Below, in pieces: positions 46,501 through 64,000 of a stretch of 64,000 nucleotides of DNA. The notes beneath the pieces are model-generated. The model ran no database searches. It saw nothing but the letters and a program-made list of their open reading frames with translations, and was not told the origin of the DNA. How positions within the stretch are numbered: the first letter of the stretch is position 1; every line of letters begins with the position of its first letter. The DNA is from the human T2T-CHM13v2.0 reference genome, Homo sapiens: the NCBI RefSeq assembly GCF_009914755.1, contig NC_060939.1. The stretch is one strand, 5' to 3'. The position numbers were made by a program, and so were the translations under genes.

Positions 46501-49389
46501 GGTGTGTTCCTTTTTCCCTCACTGGGTCCTGGAGTTTGTGCCACTGAATGAGGAGCCCCAGAGTTGTCTGAGCATGTCCAGCTGGGCTGTTGGTGACCTT
46601 CCAGGCCTGTTACCTTTATGCTGCCTAGTGACACCTGGTGGATTTCATTGGGACTGCCATGGTGCCTATGGGGCACAGTCCAGCCCTGACAGCCAACAGG
46701 CTCAGAAGCCTGATCTAGCGGTGGCCGGGAAGACAGATACTAGCACCCAAGGGCACTGACTTCCATTCACCCCAGGAGTCTTCCAGGCCCCCTGCCCAGC
46801 ACTAACATCTCTTTGTGAGTCTCAACCAGACTGAGCTGCAGCTTCAGGGTCAGGGTAGGCTCTGACTTAACTGATGTGACCCAGGACAAGGGGATTTATT
46901 GATGGTGTCACATATGCTTAAGCTCTTGGCCTCTGTGATTTCTTTGGGGCATGATACCCCTCTGTCCCATGCTTAGGTGCCCACATGTGGCCACAAGTGC
47001 CTTTCCTACCACCATCCCTACTTGAGGCTGGTGTCCAGGCACCTGTGGCTCCAGGCAGAAGGCTGAGCGCAGAGCCAGGCCTGGGCAGATGTTCTGCAGG
47101 GGCTGCAGGAGCTGACAGTCCTGACCACCCAGCCCGTGGCCATCCATTCCCTTTCACCGTGGCTGGCTCTTCATCCACCATCCTTCCAGGGGCCAGGCCT
47201 GAACCCAAACTGACTTTTACCTGCCCTGGTCCCCCTTGTGCCTATCAGGTTCTTGGCTGAGCATGATGTTTTTGCCCATTTCCTTGATTATCCTCAAGAG
47301 GTTTATAGAGCCACTTGGGGACATCACATCTGTCTACCAGGTCCTCACCAGAGACATGACTGCCTTGGGCCGGGCCTGGGATAGTCAGGGGTCACACTCA
47401 CCTGTTGGGACCTAGCTTCAGTGGCTTCAATCTGGGCAATGGCCTGATGGGCGGCTGCCCCTTCTCCTCTGCTTGGGGGAGGCAGGAGAGGAAGGTCAGG
47501 GAGGAGATCTGCTTCCTGCCCACCTGACACTGGTTGGAAGCAGGGCGCCCACCTGTGTCTGTCTCACCTTGCTGCAGGTGCATCGGAGGCCGAACCCCTC
47601 TCCCGATCTCCTGCAGGTGCAGATTCCAGGTTTCCAGTGGGTGTCAGTGTGGGCTCCAGAGCTCTCCTGGTCCTAGGGAACCCTGGGCTCCATGAGGCCT
47701 TGGCCTAACCAGATTGTTTCCCACACTGTCACCTCCCCACCCTGTCACCTCCCCAAACATGGGGCTGCATGCTCTGTGCCCTGGGTGGGACATTGGAAGG
47801 AGTGCCACCTTCCAGGTTTGGATCACAGTAAAGCCTCTGCCTTGGGGATGTGCTGGCCGAGACAGATGGGGTTGAACCAGCCATGATACGTTGGCCTTGG
47901 GCAAGTCATCTGTGCCTTGCTTCCCCAGCAGCCAGAAGGGATAATAGCACCTATTTCACCCATACTCAAGTGCTCACTTGTTAGCAGGAACTGAGTCCCG
48001 GAGGAGGTGCAGGTGGAGCCATTGAGGCAGCACTGCAGCTGGACCTGGGTCTGAGTCCCAGCTCCTGGCTGTGATATGCATCACTCTCTCCATTTATTTA
48101 TCTGAAGGACAGGGCTGTGCTGTTCTGGGGTCACTGTGACAATGCAGCTGGCCTGTGTGAGTTGGTGGTGGCCTCCTGAGATGGTTTGAGGTGGGCTGGA
48201 GGTGTGTCTTGAATGCCCCCTCACCCCCATGGGGAAGACCCACTTAGGGAAGACTCAAGTGTCTGTATGGAGGAACCCACATTCCCTGCCCCTCAGCTGT
48301 CCTCTGTCCCTTCCTAGCCCCCTCTGCTGTCCTGCAGGCTCTGGCGGTGGCCATCCAGCTTGGTGGCCATCTGGCTGATCCACTCCTCCAGGTGGACCCT
48401 CTGTCCTCATGTGGTGCAGGTCCCATTGTGCCACCTCCAGACAGGCCATGCTAGCCCCAGGGCCTCCGTTCCCTGTTACCCAGCCCCCACCCCCAGGTAC
48501 GTGCCCCCTCCCTAAAGCCCACTGTGTCCACCAGCTGTGTTTCAACTCTGTCTCTGAGCAAGGCCTAACGCAAAGCCTGAAACAGCCTGGCTTGTAGAGG
48601 GCCAGGAGACCAAAGCTTGAAGAGAGAGTGACGGTCTCCCAGAGCCCACTTAGCCTCAGCCCCAGGGCTGTGTCCATGCTGTTCCTGGCTCCAGTGAGCC
48701 AATTCTCTCCCCTGACGCCCGTAAGGGCTCCAGTGGTGATGGAGGTAGCTGGAGAGAACAAGGCTGTCTTAACCCTCCCTCCCTGAGAAGGCCCAACGGG
48801 GAACGTTTTAGGCATCAGGGCATTCTGGGGGGCATCTTCCAGGGACCCCTCCTATACCCTGCCCTGCCCTGGCTCTCTAGTGAGAAATTGCAGTTGCTTG
48901 GACAGTGGGGCTGACCCAGGACAAATGCATATATTGGGCTGGTCTTCAGGGTGCTGGGGTAGGGGCAGGGGCACTTCAGGGATAGGAAGGAGGGGCCTGT
49001 GTGTTCCAGAAGTACAGAGGAACCTGGTGCCGGCCGCAGTCAACCCCTATGTGATGATCTTTCTACCCGCCCTCTTTCGTGTCTTGGTGCTGGCTGCTGT
49101 CTTTGGCCAGGTAAGCTCATGGTCTGGGCTCCTGGGGTCCACTCACTGGGCCTCCACACTGCCTGCAGGTAGGGGAGCCTTTGGGCCAGGACTATCCTTG
49201 ACTCCCCTTCCAGGTGGTGGGTTCAAAGACCATTCCTGGGTTCCACCACCGCCAAGCCTCAATGGTCACAGGAACTGCTGGGGCTTTCTAGGTTAAGACC
49301 CTTGCCTATCCCGGTGTTCCTCCCTGCAGTAGGGGGCTGCAGGGGTCAGCCTCAGTCTCTGCCTTGGGAGCCTGCCTTACCTTGCCTGA

Positions 49390-64000
<14,611 letters not shown>

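Noticed and set aside
47230-47330. Weak CDK2AP-like peptide (LLRIIKEMGKNI) on the minus strand
   Set aside because: Too short, with no flanking similarity

Overview
Primate DNA, most likely human 15q24.2 (assigned from recognised genes, not from a search). From left to right: (1) 458-6879, minus strand: a multi-exon gene for a signal peptide + Pro/Ser/Thr-rich mucin stalk + tandem SEA-domain protein, matching my recollection of rodent Trcg1 (taste receptor cell gene 1). Seven coding exons join in frame with canonical GT-AG sites, and the only lesion in the window is one TGA at 4807-4809. The gene continues past the left edge. (2) 10.7-25 kb: a repeat-rich zone with an LTR carrying an expanded CCAAT array, a ~430-bp inverted duplication inside L1/Alu debris, a solo LTR nested in an Alu, an orphan duplicated SIN3A exon with intact splice sites, and an Alu-interrupted NIFK processed pseudogene. 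(3) ~25.1-64 kb: a ~24.3-kb direct tandem segmental duplication with two GOLGA6 genes. Copy 1 is complete (18 coding exons, 693 aa, probably GOLGA6C); copy 2 is cut by the window edge (probably GOLGA6D). GOLGA6 preserves a readable record of its derivation from GOLGA2/GM130: three dead exons, shifted splice sites, a premature stop that removes the GRASP65-binding tail, a 7SL retro-fragment and a ~3.5-kb retroposed insert in the 3'UTR. No prokaryotic-type systems. Family names and reference proteins are recalled from memory and need database confirmation.
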